IMG/VR virus record: IMGVR_UViG_3300044911_002321
Location: 6,388 to 70,387 of that record
DNA: 64,000 nt
Source of the DNA: a virus
Direction: 5' to 3' (one strand)
Part shown: positions 1 to 7,739 of the stretch, in pieces
Numbering within the stretch: position 1 is the stretch's first letter
Layout of the letters: every line of letters starts with the position of its first letter
Notes under the pieces: model-generated
Told to the model about the DNA's origin: nothing
The model's database searches: none
The model's input: only the letters and a program-made list of their open reading frames with translations
Made by a program: the position numbers and the translations under genes

Positions 1-1089
1 AGCATCACTGGTACGCAGTTGGTTAAGATTAGTTGTACGTAGTTCTTCAAAGTAAGTACGATAGTAATCAAGTGGGCAATCAGGCCAGATCCGATTGATG
101 AAGTAGATAGCGTTAGTTGTCTGCTCGAATTCTTTGTAGCCATACTTGATTGACTTGCGTTGCTCGTTATCTGGATCTTGATATGCAACAGTGCTGCGAT
201 CAAGCATCTGTTGTAAGCGTGCTTTGATAGCCGGTGTTGTAATGATGTGATCAATACTATTGATCGTTAGATAAGTTGATGATGATGTGTATTCAACTTT
301 ATGTTTAGCTGACCATGCGTGAGCCAAACCAACAATGGAATCAACACTGAGTTGAATGTTGTTTCTATCTGCAATACCGCTTGTAAGTGCAGTAGGAAAC
401 TCAATTGCATCAAGGATGTTAGTGCACTTCATGCGATCAAACATTGAACGGCTGTCATTCCATGTAGGAATAGTCTCCATCAATGCTTGCTCAAACTGGT
501 TAAGCGTATTATTCATCTCACGTGTCTTTTGGTAATACGCACCAACACCCATGGCACGCCAGTTGCGATCGTCTTTACCATTGATAATATCTTGTTTGGT
601 CACTAGCATTGTACGTACAAACAATTGCGAGCCACGACCAATGGTGTGCTCAGTGCAATTATCTTTACTATCCCAGATATGCTTAGGTAATGTCTTAGCT
701 GCTGATGCAGTGTTCTTGAATGCGTATGCATAGCCATAAACATATTGATCTTCTTGTCCCTTGGGAGGTAGCCATGCTGCATACCAGCATTGTTCAAAGT
801 GATACAAGATGGCAATGGTTATAACACGTGCTTCTGGTGTAGCAACATCGACCACCTTGGTAAATCGGCGATGACGATTAGCTACAACTGCTGTATTGAT
901 CTGTTCAATTGCATCATCTTGATAGCTGCCACGCACAACATCCTCTGGGATGAGATGAGGAATCTTACCCAGTGGATACTTAGCTTTCTTGGTTGTGGAC
1001 TTAGGTGCTTGTTCCTTGGCCAAAGCTTTGAGCTTTGGATCGTAGGCAAGCAGCTCTTGTTGGAGATTGGAAGGCAGTTCGAAATGCAT
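1..1089 (-). CDS. Hypothetical protein (MHFELPSNLQQELLAYDPK...), running toward the window start
   Basis: Hand translation of the 5' two-thirds shows an open minus-strand frame from ATG at 1089 with an AC-rich leader like neighbouring genes; absent from the ORF track, presumably because it is truncated. Confidence 0.75.
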   Translation of the reverse strand, partial: MHFELPSNLQQELLAYDPKLKALAKEQAPKSTTKKAKYPLGKIPHLIPEDVVRGSYQDDAIEQINTAVVANRHRRFTKVVDVATPEARVITIAILYHFEQCWYAAWLPPKGQEDQYVYGYAYAFKNTASAAKTLPKHIWDSKDNCTEHTIGRGSQLFVRTMLVTKQDIINGKDDRNWRAMGVGAYYQKTREMNNTLNQFEQALMETIPTWNDSRSMFDRMKCTNILDAIEFPTALTSGIADRNNIQLSVDSIVGLAHAWSAKHKVEYTSSSTYLTINSIDHIITTPAIKARLQQMLDRSTVAYQDPDNEQRKSIKYGYKEFEQTTNAIYFINRIWPDCPLDYYRTYFEELRTTNLNQLRTSDA

Positions 1090-1115
1090 GATGGAGTTGG
1101 AGTTGAGTTGAGTAT

Positions 1116-1142
1116 AGGCAGTTTAACGTCATGCCCAGGACG
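1116..1142 (-). ncRNA. H-type pseudoknot leader element, copy 2 (CGUC-CU-GGGCA-U-GACG-UUAAAC-UGCCU)
   Basis: CGUC/GACG and GGGCA/UGCCU form crossing stems; same GACGUUAAAC core as 9422-9446. Confidence 0.6.
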
Positions 1143-1180
1143 ATGTGTTAAAGGATTGGGATTCCTTTAACGTATGCTTC

Positions 1181-1375
1181 TTAACGTGTCAAGAAGTTCT
1201 TCATCTTAACTGTTTCCTCACTAGCCCATGTGTCAATGTACTGGTCAAGTGTGTATGTACTTGTCGGTGTCATGACTGGCATGCGTTTAGCAAAGCCAGT
1301 TGCCAAGTACACTCGACCCTTGGGACCACGCAGTACAAAGTAGTAGCGCTTGAATTCAAGTGAGAAGCCAATCAT
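1181..1375 (-). CDS. Hypothetical protein
   Basis: 64 aa ORF with 4-bp overlap to the upstream gene. Confidence 0.65.
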   Translation of the reverse strand: MIGFSLEFKRYYFVLRGPKGRVYLATGFAKRMPVMTPTSTYTLDQYIDTWASEETVKMKNFLTR

Positions 1376-1623
1376 TCGTCGTCACTCAGATCGAGTAGTT
1401 GCCAGAGAGGATCGAGTTGATCAAGATAGCTGCAGAAGCCATCTTCGTCAAGAGGAATCGGTTCCTCTGGATCCAACTCAATAGTTGTTGTGCACAGTGC
1501 AGGAGCCCACTCTTCAGGGTCGAAGCGAGTCGCCCGATAGAGCAGGCGCATGTCGTCAACAACTGCTGTAACTGTGACATGAGTTTGTGTGAAGTAAGTA
1601 TCTTCGATTGCAAGGACTGTCAT
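1372..1623 (-). CDS. Hypothetical acidic protein
   Basis: 83 aa ORF translationally coupled to both neighbours. Confidence 0.7.
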   Translation of the reverse strand: MTVLAIEDTYFTQTHVTVTAVVDDMRLLYRATRFDPEEWAPALCTTTIELDPEEPIPLDEDGFCSYLDQLDPLWQLLDLSDDE

Positions 1624-1808
1624 CAGTCAGGCTCCACGAATGAAACGGTGGTTGAGATGTAGCAGTTGTAACGAGTCCACATCTTTGCAGTTGTGTACTC
1701 GCTAACAAAACGATCGCGATCAAAATGATTATTTTGGGCACGCTCCATTGCGCAGCGTGCAACATTGATGCGATCAAACAAGCTGAGGTTTGTGTTTGTG
1801 GTAGCCAT
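1623..1808 (-). CDS. Hypothetical protein
   Basis: 61 aa ORF directly downstream of a family C element. Confidence 0.7.
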   Translation of the reverse strand: MATTNTNLSLFDRINVARCAMERAQNNHFDRDRFVSEYTTAKMWTRYNCYISTTVSFVEPD

Positions 1809-1839
1809 GGTTGAATTGAATTGAGTTGGTGGACAAGAC

Positions 1840-1867
1840 CTGGGACTTACACCGTAAGGATGCCCAG
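1840..1867 (-). ncRNA. Family C structured leader element (CUGGG-CAU-hairpin-UGUAAGU-CCCAG)
   Basis: One of six intergenic copies with compensatory stem changes. Confidence 0.75.
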
Positions 1868-1871
1868 ATCT

Positions 1872-2069
1872 TTAGATTAACTTAATGTTTGGAATGCTCA
1901 AGCCTGTGCCAGGGATACTGACTGATCCTTTGACGCCATTGGGGCTGGCATTGACAGTCAGTTGGAATGGACCAAGCTTGATCTGTTTACTTACTGATTT
2001 GATGCCATGTTCAGTGATGTTCACACCATGAATGGTGCGATCAAAACTTAATGGAGATTTCCTGGTCAT
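1872..2069 (-). CDS. DUF4236-like small protein
   Basis: KQIKLGPFQLTVNAS..G...SVSIPGTGLS pattern. Confidence 0.55.
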   Translation of the reverse strand: MTRKSPLSFDRTIHGVNITEHGIKSVSKQIKLGPFQLTVNASPNGVKGSVSIPGTGLSIPNIKLI

Positions 2070-2376
2070 CTTTGAGTTTGCGGATGAGCTGTTGTAGATC
2101 TTCTTCAGTGCCAGTAATGGACACTGTCATTGAAACTTGCCTTGACTTAGGTCTCCGTCTGTCACGTAGATCACGGACAGATGAGCGTCGTTGAAACTTA
2201 GTGCCACATACTGAATTAGATTCGAATAGTTTGCAGCATTCTTCCAGTTCTGTATCTGCTCCATATTGAACAGCTTCAACAAGAAGATCGCCAAAACTTT
2301 TGCCGTACCTTTGATACTGATGTATCCAAGCATCAAGCATATACTTTGGTGGAACCACAGGATGTTGTTGAGTCAT
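2041..2376 (-). CDS. Hypothetical protein (MTQQHPVVPP...)
   Basis: ORF track 2041-2454; start moved to ATG 2376 to avoid overlap with the upstream gene. Confidence 0.65.
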   Translation of the reverse strand: MTQQHPVVPPKYMLDAWIHQYQRYGKSFGDLLVEAVQYGADTELEECCKLFESNSVCGTKFQRRSSVRDLRDRRRPKSRQVSMTVSITGTEEDLQQLIRKLKDDQEISIKF

Positions 2377-2410
2377 TTTTGAAAAATGGTAATTGTTTAT
2401 TAAATGAGTG

Positions 2411-2620
2411 TTACTTGAGATCCTCCGGCATGAGTGCCATGGCATCATCGTCATCCATGTTTGTCATTACAAATTTCTCTCCATTGGGAGCAATGAAGCC
2501 CCCAATGAAACCAATGCCATGTCTCTCGGCTGATTCCTTCATCTTCGCTACAAGCTGCATAGCCTGCAGTCGTTGCATGTCAAGTGAGTCGGGAATGCGA
2601 GGAGTGTTGGAGGATGTCAT
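2411..2620 (-). CDS. Hypothetical protein
   Basis: 69 aa ORF with CAACTCAATTCAA leader and TAGACT -10-like element upstream. Confidence 0.7.
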   Translation of the reverse strand: MTSSNTPRIPDSLDMQRLQAMQLVAKMKESAERHGIGFIGGFIAPNGEKFVMTNMDDDDAMALMPEDLK

Positions 2621-2723
2621 TTGAATTGAGTTGATTAACTAGGTCAGTCTACCAGGGCAGTCAAGGTAAAGGCCATGCATCAGGGATACTGATACACGGC
2701 CAGTACTTATGTACTACCTGATG

Positions 2724-3011
2724 TTATGAATGCATGGCAAGGTGTTCTTTCCATGCAGCAGTGTGCATTTCATCCATAGTCATGGGTGGTTCACCTGGTT
2801 CACTAGGTGTTGGATCGTAGTCAAGCTCATCGCTTAACATACCGATCACCTCATCGAGTACGTCACGGGTATGTGGATCGAGATGCTCATCCATCTGATG
2901 TCGTTTAGATTCACGATTCCGAATTGCTTCAAGTGCATCTAATGCAAGACGCAATTGGTGGTACTCGTTCTTGGTCCAGGTGAGTTCAGGATACTTCTTT
3001 GTTTGTTCCAT
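2724..3011 (-). CDS. Hypothetical protein (MEQTKKYPEL...)
   Basis: Start placed at the ATG just downstream of the family C element. Confidence 0.7.
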   Translation of the reverse strand: MEQTKKYPELTWTKNEYHQLRLALDALEAIRNRESKRHQMDEHLDPHTRDVLDEVIGMLSDELDYDPTPSEPGEPPMTMDEMHTAAWKEHLAMHS

Positions 3012-3040
3012 GGTTGAGTTGAAGGTGAGGTTGGTGTAAC

Positions 3041-3079
3041 CCTGGGACTTACACCACACTAAATGTGTGGATGCCCAGG
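3041..3079 (-). ncRNA. Family C structured leader element
   Basis: CCUGGG-CAU-CCACAC(AUUUA)GUGUGG-UGUAAGU-CCCAGG. Confidence 0.75.
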
Positions 3080-3090
3080 CTTAAACTTAG

Positions 3091-3339
3091 ATGAGATCTG
3101 AGTTTGTACTTATGTTAATTGCTGGCAGGTTTGCAGTTGGTGGTAGTCCATTCCTTGAGGGATGGAAGCAAGAGTACATGAAAGCACAGGGTTCCATGCC
3201 ACCACCTGAGAAGGTGATGGATTTCTTGACATCTGTGATACGGAATGAAAGTATTCCAATGCAAAACAAACAGGCAGAGATAAGGATGCTAGAGCAGATG
3301 CAGAGATTTAGACCTGAGGTTAGGTCAGTGGCTGGGTGA
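3091..3339 (+). CDS. Possible counter-oriented hypothetical protein
   Basis: 82 aa ORF with protein-like composition, ending immediately before the palindromic element. Confidence 0.35.
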   Translation: MRSEFVLMLIAGRFAVGGSPFLEGWKQEYMKAQGSMPPPEKVMDFLTSVIRNESIPMQNKQAEIRMLEQMQRFRPEVRSVAG

Positions 3340-3344
3340 TGATG

Positions 3345-3550
3345 GGTAAAAGGATGAATACCGTGTTATAGAAGGGTAAATACCGTCTTATTATCTTAGA
3401 TATAGGGTTTCATACGTTGTTAAAAAAGTGTATTAAACCTGGTGTCTAACGGATGAATAGCAGCTTATCCATACAACTTTCTAGAAAGGTATGAAACCCT
3501 ATAGAGGGTTAGATAAGACTGTATTCACTGTTGAATAAGATGGTATTGAC
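3345..3550. repeat. Palindromic iteron element, copy 1 (candidate origin or protein-binding site)
   Basis: Perfect inverted repeat TATAGGGTTTCATAC at 3401-3415 and 3489-3503, flanked by two pairs of inward-facing AATACCGTCTTAT-like boxes; near copy at 53366-53570. Confidence 0.85.
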
Positions 3551-3751
3551 GGTTTCCCCCGTCTTCCCCATGTACATGTGTACTATTCCTTGGTACAAGT
3601 GGAGATATCTTTGGTACGTGTGTACTAGATATAGATATGAATGAAGGATATCCCTGGTACATACCCACTAGTTAGAGGTACATACCAGGGATGGGTAGGT
3701 ATTAATACTTAATATTGTCTGGCAACAAAGAATTGCCAATACATGCCAATA

Positions 3752-4117
3752 CTATAAACTAGACGGATAACCAGGGAGCATTTGATTAAGACTTGGTGCA
3801 TATGTTTTGAAATAATATCTTTCTGCTTCTGCAAGGATTGAAGAAGCTACTCCTATATCAAACGTTTCTAAAACTTCATACTCAAATAAAAACATAGTCA
3901 TTTGAAATACTTCTTTCAAAGAAAAGGTTTGGTTTAGGATGTTTTGCTTGCAAAGTGATAGTCTCCATTGCGGTGAATTACAAAAGCGATGATAATAAGT
4001 AAATCGTAAGCGTAGATTAGAAGTAGCTCCAATGTATTCTTCCTCGTCTTTATAAATGATTTTATAAATACCAGGAAGTTTAGGCGCTGTTTTAAATGAC
4101 AAAGCTGTGTAGTACAT
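3752..4117 (-). CDS. GIY-YIG endonuclease (homing-type)
   Basis: GIY(x9)YIG..SNLRLR and AERYY motifs; AT-rich relative to flanks. Confidence 0.8.
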   Translation of the reverse strand: MYYTALSFKTAPKLPGIYKIIYKDEEEYIGATSNLRLRFTYYHRFCNSPQWRLSLCKQNILNQTFSLKEVFQMTMFLFEYEVLETFDIGVASSILAEAERYYFKTYAPSLNQMLPGYPSSL

Positions 4118-4120
4118 CGC

Positions 4121-4363
4121 TTATTGTTCTTTGGGTGCAAGCATGATCCATGCTGTGTAGTTAGCACTGCTTCTGTCTACATGTATCAATCCGTATTCTT
4201 CCAGTCGCACCAAGGCCTGGAGATATTGCTCAAGCCTTGAGCTTTGCGATGGAAGCTTAGGTACGAAGCATGGTGTGTTCCCATACTTCTTCTTGTGATT
4301 CAAGTAATACTGATATAAATTACGCTGGTTGATACTGAGTGCAGGTGTTGCAGTTGCTTGCAT
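4121..4363 (-). CDS. Hypothetical protein, possibly winged-helix
   Basis: LVRLEEYGLIHV resembles a wHTH wing. Confidence 0.6.
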   Translation of the reverse strand: MQATATPALSINQRNLYQYYLNHKKKYGNTPCFVPKLPSQSSRLEQYLQALVRLEEYGLIHVDRSSANYTAWIMLAPKEQ

Positions 4364-4366
4364 TGA

Positions 4367-4735
4367 TCAGCAGTAGTACGGACGTGATTCAGGGTAAGCC
4401 TTAGCTAGTTCGTTGGAGAAGCTGATGTCAATGTTGGATCGAGTTGTTGTATCTCCAAGAGACGGTTGGCCTTCGATCTCGTACTCTTCGAAGTACTTGA
4501 CGTAGATCTGGACCGCTTGCCTCTTGGAGAAGATGCAGTGGCTAACAAGAGGTTCTCCTTGGGTGTAGTACCAACCTCCTTCTTCGGGTCCGCCGTACCT
4601 GAGATAGGTTTCGTGGACCGTGACGACCGTTGGGTCTTTGTGCTCGAAGTACTTGTGCACTTTGTATGCATTGATTGCGAAGCGTGCTTTGTAGGACTTG
4701 GGGTAGAACTTCTTGAGTTCTGAGATGTAAGACAT
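4367..4735 (-). CDS. Hypothetical phage protein (YGGPEEGGWYY motif)
   Basis: 122 aa ORF in the operon. Confidence 0.7.
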   Translation of the reverse strand: MSYISELKKFYPKSYKARFAINAYKVHKYFEHKDPTVVTVHETYLRYGGPEEGGWYYTQGEPLVSHCIFSKRQAVQIYVKYFEEYEIEGQPSLGDTTTRSNIDISFSNELAKAYPESRPYYC

Positions 4736-4822
4736 GATGCAAACTCCGTGATGATGATTGAAATGATTGCGATCAGGATGACGATGATGTCACCATCATC
4801 CCATGCTTGACGCAGTGTGTAC

Positions 4823-4960
4823 TTAGGCTTGGTCATCGTAGGTCTCCAGTTCAGGTGGGTTGAGTTCGTATTCTTCACGCATGGCTTGCTCTTGTTGATA
4901 GGCAATGTCTGCCATGGCATCAAGCAAGTCAGCGTTGTAGTTGGGATCGAGTTCAGGCAT
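4823..4960 (-). CDS. Small acidic hypothetical protein (MPELDPNY...)
   Basis: ATG downstream of a family C element. Confidence 0.6.
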   Translation of the reverse strand: MPELDPNYNADLLDAMADIAYQQEQAMREEYELNPPELETYDDQA

Positions 4961-4988
4961 TGCTTGAATTGAGTAGGTGGACAGTAAA

Positions 4989-5031
4989 CCCTGGGACTTA
5001 CACACCGTACTTACGTCGGTGCTGCCCAGGG
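4989..5031 (-). ncRNA. Family C structured leader element
   Basis: CCCUGGG-CAG-CACC...GGUG-UGUAAGU-CCCAGGG. Confidence 0.75.
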
Positions 5032-5032
5032 A

Positions 5033-5257
5033 TCAGAAGGTATTGGCCACCTTTGTTGCTAAGGAATCAACAAAGGTTGGACCATCTTCTTGGAATGCGA
5101 GCATGTATTGTTCACGCTCGTCTTCATCCATCAATGCACCCAGGGTGTGATGCGCATGATAGAAGGCTAGTGCGTTGACGATGGCATACTTCTCATCAAC
5201 GTTGATGATGAGGTGATACCGCTTGTTGTCTTCCGTTTGATCCATGAGTGCGCCCAT
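5033..5257 (-). CDS. Hypothetical protein
   Basis: 74 aa ORF between two family C elements. Confidence 0.7.
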   Translation of the reverse strand: MGALMDQTEDNKRYHLIINVDEKYAIVNALAFYHAHHTLGALMDEDEREQYMLAFQEDGPTFVDSLATKVANTF

Positions 5258-5285
5258 GTTGAATTGAGGTAGGTGAATAGTTGAG

Positions 5286-5339
5286 CATGGGACTTACACC
5301 ACTGTTATTGAGAAGAGTTCTCAATTGTGGATGCCCATG
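5286..5339 (-). ncRNA. Family C structured leader element
   Basis: CAUGGG-CAU-CCAC...GUGG-UGUAAGU-CCCAUG with an extended inner hairpin. Confidence 0.75.
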
Positions 5340-5345
5340 TGTTGG

Positions 5346-5702
5346 TTACTTCATATAGAGGTATGAGCCCGCCCAATCAGCATTTTGGATGCAGGTGGCA
5401 AACGATACCTCGTCCATGAGGTTGTAACGTACGTGCTTAGCTGGTGACGCCCAGCTTGCTGGTTTGTAGACAGAACCAGATTGACGGTCAATAAATGCAT
5501 GGACTGATGCACCAGTCTTGCCGTCAATGGTTGAACGCTTGACGTCACGTTGAATAAGTTTGTAGTACTTGGTACCTTTAACAATGTCAAAGGTAATGCC
5601 GCCATCTCCATAGTGCTTAGCGTAACTAGCAAGGAGCTTGTCGATGAGACAATTGATGCGAGCTTCAAGTACTTGGATGTGCTCGGCTAGTTGTGTTGTC
5701 AT
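5346..5702 (-). CDS. Conserved phage protein (SVHAFID..G.VYKPASW..PAK..RYNL motif)
   Basis: Motif recalled as common in cyanophage hypothetical proteins. Confidence 0.75.
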   Translation of the reverse strand: MTTQLAEHIQVLEARINCLIDKLLASYAKHYGDGGITFDIVKGTKYYKLIQRDVKRSTIDGKTGASVHAFIDRQSGSVYKPASWASPAKHVRYNLMDEVSFATCIQNADWAGSYLYMK

Positions 5703-5730
5703 GGTTTGAGTTGAGTTGATTAAGGTTTGT

Positions 5731-5769
5731 ACTAGGACTTACACCACACATTGTGTGTGGATGCCTAGT
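5731..5769 (-). ncRNA. Family C structured leader element
   Basis: ACUAGG/CCUAGU outer stem is a compensatory change from CUGGG/CCCAG. Confidence 0.75.
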
Positions 5770-5773
5770 GTTG

Positions 5774-6148
5774 TTAACGAGTGAGACGATTAGTGAAGTT
5801 ATATCTATAGCCGCTGTCGTATGCAGGTTCTTTATACGTTACGTTGTTAGCAATCTTGCAGATCGCTGACTCACCAATGTGATAGTCCTTAGCAATAGAT
5901 AGTGCAGTCTCACCTTGTGCTTTGCGCATACGAATATCTTCTACTTGGTTATCACTAAGGAAATTACTGCGACGACCACGTTTGATTGGGTCTTTCTCGA
6001 TCGGAGGACGACGCCTCACTCGACGTAATACAATTGTCATGTACCCAGGATTACAGTTGACAATGCTGCCGATTGAATCGTAGTCGTACCCCTGGCACCT
6101 GAGTTGCCAGATCCGATCTTCCTTGACGATAGATACTCGATTGCGCAT
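5774..6148 (-). CDS. Putative DNA-binding protein with two HTH-like segments
   Basis: LRCQGYDYDSIGSIVNC and QVEDIRMRKAQGETALSIAKDYHIGESAICKI. Confidence 0.6.
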   Translation of the reverse strand: MRNRVSIVKEDRIWQLRCQGYDYDSIGSIVNCNPGYMTIVLRRVRRRPPIEKDPIKRGRRSNFLSDNQVEDIRMRKAQGETALSIAKDYHIGESAICKIANNVTYKEPAYDSGYRYNFTNRLTR

Positions 6149-6173
6149 GGGGATTGATGAGTTGGTTGGGTGA

Positions 6174-6206
6174 CTGGGACTTATATCCTCATGGAGGAAG
6201 GCCCAG
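6174..6206 (-). ncRNA. Family C structured leader element (variant)
   Basis: CUGGG-CCU-UCCUC(CAU)GAGGA-UAUAAGU-CCCAG. Confidence 0.7.
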
Positions 6207-6217
6207 GTTATGGCTAG

Positions 6218-6469
6218 CTAGTAGCCCATGACGTACAGCTTGGAGGCGTTGATGCCCTGTGGGCCAAGCGACGTGTACTTACTGGCTAGTGCTGCGATGG
6301 TGCTAATGCTAGCCGCAAGTATGAGTGCAGCCACCACAGCTTTCAATAGATGGTTGGACTTATGAGTCTCACCATAAGAATCCATCTGGATGAAACCGTT
6401 ATGCATGCGATAGATCGTCTTCATGTCAAACGGTCTCCAGGATATAGCGACAGCAGATGTAGTCTTCAT
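6218..6469 (-). CDS. Small membrane protein (start uncertain)
   Basis: Hydrophobic segment LLKAVVAALILAASISTIAALA. Confidence 0.5.
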   Translation of the reverse strand: MKTTSAVAISWRPFDMKTIYRMHNGFIQMDSYGETHKSNHLLKAVVAALILAASISTIAALASKYTSLGPQGINASKLYVMGY

Positions 6470-6701
6470 CTGGTAGCTGAACAGGGTTACCTTGTTCGTG
6501 CGAACCGTAGGTATCTACCCATCGCTCGTCAATTAGTACATCGAGACACTCAAGGAATGCGTCAATGTATTCACGAGCCTGAGACGTTGTTGCTACCCAA
6601 TGGAGATAGACGACGTTGTCATCGAACTCCAGGTGATAGTGATTGATCTTGAACACTGCAAGTGCAGAGTCAAGCTCTTCTTTGCCAACTAGTAGTGCCA
6701 T
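6426..6701 (-). CDS. Hypothetical protein
   Basis: 91 aa ORF downstream of a family B element. Confidence 0.65.
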   Translation of the reverse strand: MALLVGKEELDSALAVFKINHYHLEFDDNVVYLHWVATTSQAREYIDAFLECLDVLIDERWVDTYGSHEQGNPVQLPDEDYICCRYILETV

Positions 6702-6723
6702 GTTAAATGCAATGGAATGGAAT

Positions 6724-6772
6724 CCAGGATGTTGAGTCCTGGTGGGAAGGGCCGAAGCCCCTCCAATCAGGA
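6724..6772 (-). ncRNA. Family B long-hairpin element with alternative CAGG pairing
   Basis: UCCUG...CCAGGA-CUCAACA-UCCUGG with a GGGC-UUCG-GCCC apex. Confidence 0.6.
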
Positions 6773-6773
6773 G

Positions 6774-7013
6774 TCAATCCTCATGCCTGCGTTCCCAACG
6801 AAGCAGATCCCTGTTGAGATCTACTTTGCGTTGGAGTACCACGCAGAATGGGACTAGGTCTTGGAACTGGGCTAACCCATCTTGCCATTGGAAGAAGAGA
6901 TCGAGAGCAGCTTGACGCTGTTCTTCAATCTCTGCATCAATGACAGGGGAGTCTCTGCGAGCCAATAAACGTGCGTCTTGGGTCAGCAGTTGTTCAACAG
7001 CTTTAGGAGTCAT
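6774..7013 (-). CDS. Hypothetical protein
   Basis: 79 aa ORF between family B elements. Confidence 0.7.
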   Translation of the reverse strand: MTPKAVEQLLTQDARLLARRDSPVIDAEIEEQRQAALDLFFQWQDGLAQFQDLVPFCVVLQRKVDLNRDLLRWERRHED

Positions 7014-7041
7014 GGTCTCCAGTTGGTGTCGTGTGGTGTGT

Positions 7042-7107
7042 TGCAGGTGTGACCTGCAGAAAACTCACCGGCAATACATGTGTACTACCGGGAGAGTTAT
7101 GTGCAGA
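7042..7107 (-). ncRNA. Family B long-hairpin element
   Basis: CUGCA..AACUC..CCGGUAGUAC/GUAUUGCCGG..GAGUU..UGCAGG-UCACA-CCUGCA. Confidence 0.6.
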
Positions 7108-7305
7108 TTACAGGTACTTACTGTGGATGCAGTAGTACGTGTCCCCTAGGAATCCTTGTGTACGTACAAGGTTGTGGTTTGGTCTTGCGTTGCAGTGTTC
7201 TTCGTAGTGTTGGTTGAGTAGCTTCTGTACTCCAGTAGATAGGAGTAAGCCACTACCAATGCCAATGACAAGAGCAACACAGGAGTCTTTGAATGAGTTG
7301 GACAT
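7108..7305 (-). CDS. Small membrane-anchored protein
   Basis: N-terminal hydrophobic helix and a Cys pair. Confidence 0.65.
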   Translation of the reverse strand: MSNSFKDSCVALVIGIGSGLLLSTGVQKLLNQHYEEHCNARPNHNLVRTQGFLGDTYYCIHSKYL

Positions 7306-7333
7306 AAGTTGTTAGTTGGATTTAGATGGTGTG

Positions 7334-7717
7334 TCAGAAGTCCAGGTAGTCTTCTTCCTCAGGTTGAGACGATGCATCAACAGCCTTAGGCCTTGGTGCT
7401 GCACCGATAGTGGCACGTACTCCTGTGAGTTTGATCTCAGGGTACTTGAGTGCCACAAGTTGACCATCCTTCTGGTAGTGCGTCTTGATAGTGCTGATGC
7501 GTACACTCCACTGCGTGAGGATGAGTTGATGGCCTGCGACTAAGCTGCCCTTGTTAAATGCCGCAAGCAATCCATTGCTATTCGTAAACCGCAAGCGGCA
7601 CGAACCGCCGAATGGATCGTTGACTGCAATACTTGCAGCCAGGAAAACACTATTGTCTTCCCTGGACTTGAGCACCTTGAGGTCGGTGACATAGCGAATG
7701 ATGGTTGAGCTGAACAT
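7334..7717 (-). CDS. Putative single-stranded DNA-binding protein
   Basis: Beta-rich 127 aa protein ending in the acidic-aromatic tail EEEDYLDF. Confidence 0.4.
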   Translation of the reverse strand: MFSSTIIRYVTDLKVLKSREDNSVFLAASIAVNDPFGGSCRLRFTNSNGLLAAFNKGSLVAGHQLILTQWSVRISTIKTHYQKDGQLVALKYPEIKLTGVRATIGAAPRPKAVDASSQPEEEDYLDF

Positions 7718-7739
7718 GAGAATACTGTGGTGTTGACAA

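Noticed and set aside
4405-4923. 172-aa minus-strand ORF overlapping 4367-4735
   Set aside because: The C-terminal part is Ser/Thr-rich shadow of the overlapping gene; only the short hydrophobic segment from about 4836 may be real, and I cannot support it further.
1840-6206. Family C as hammerhead, twister or cobalamin riboswitch
   Set aside because: No CUGANGA/GAAA core or twister pseudoknots; only the GGUGUAAGUCC fragment resembles a cobalamin T-loop and the rest of the aptamer is absent.
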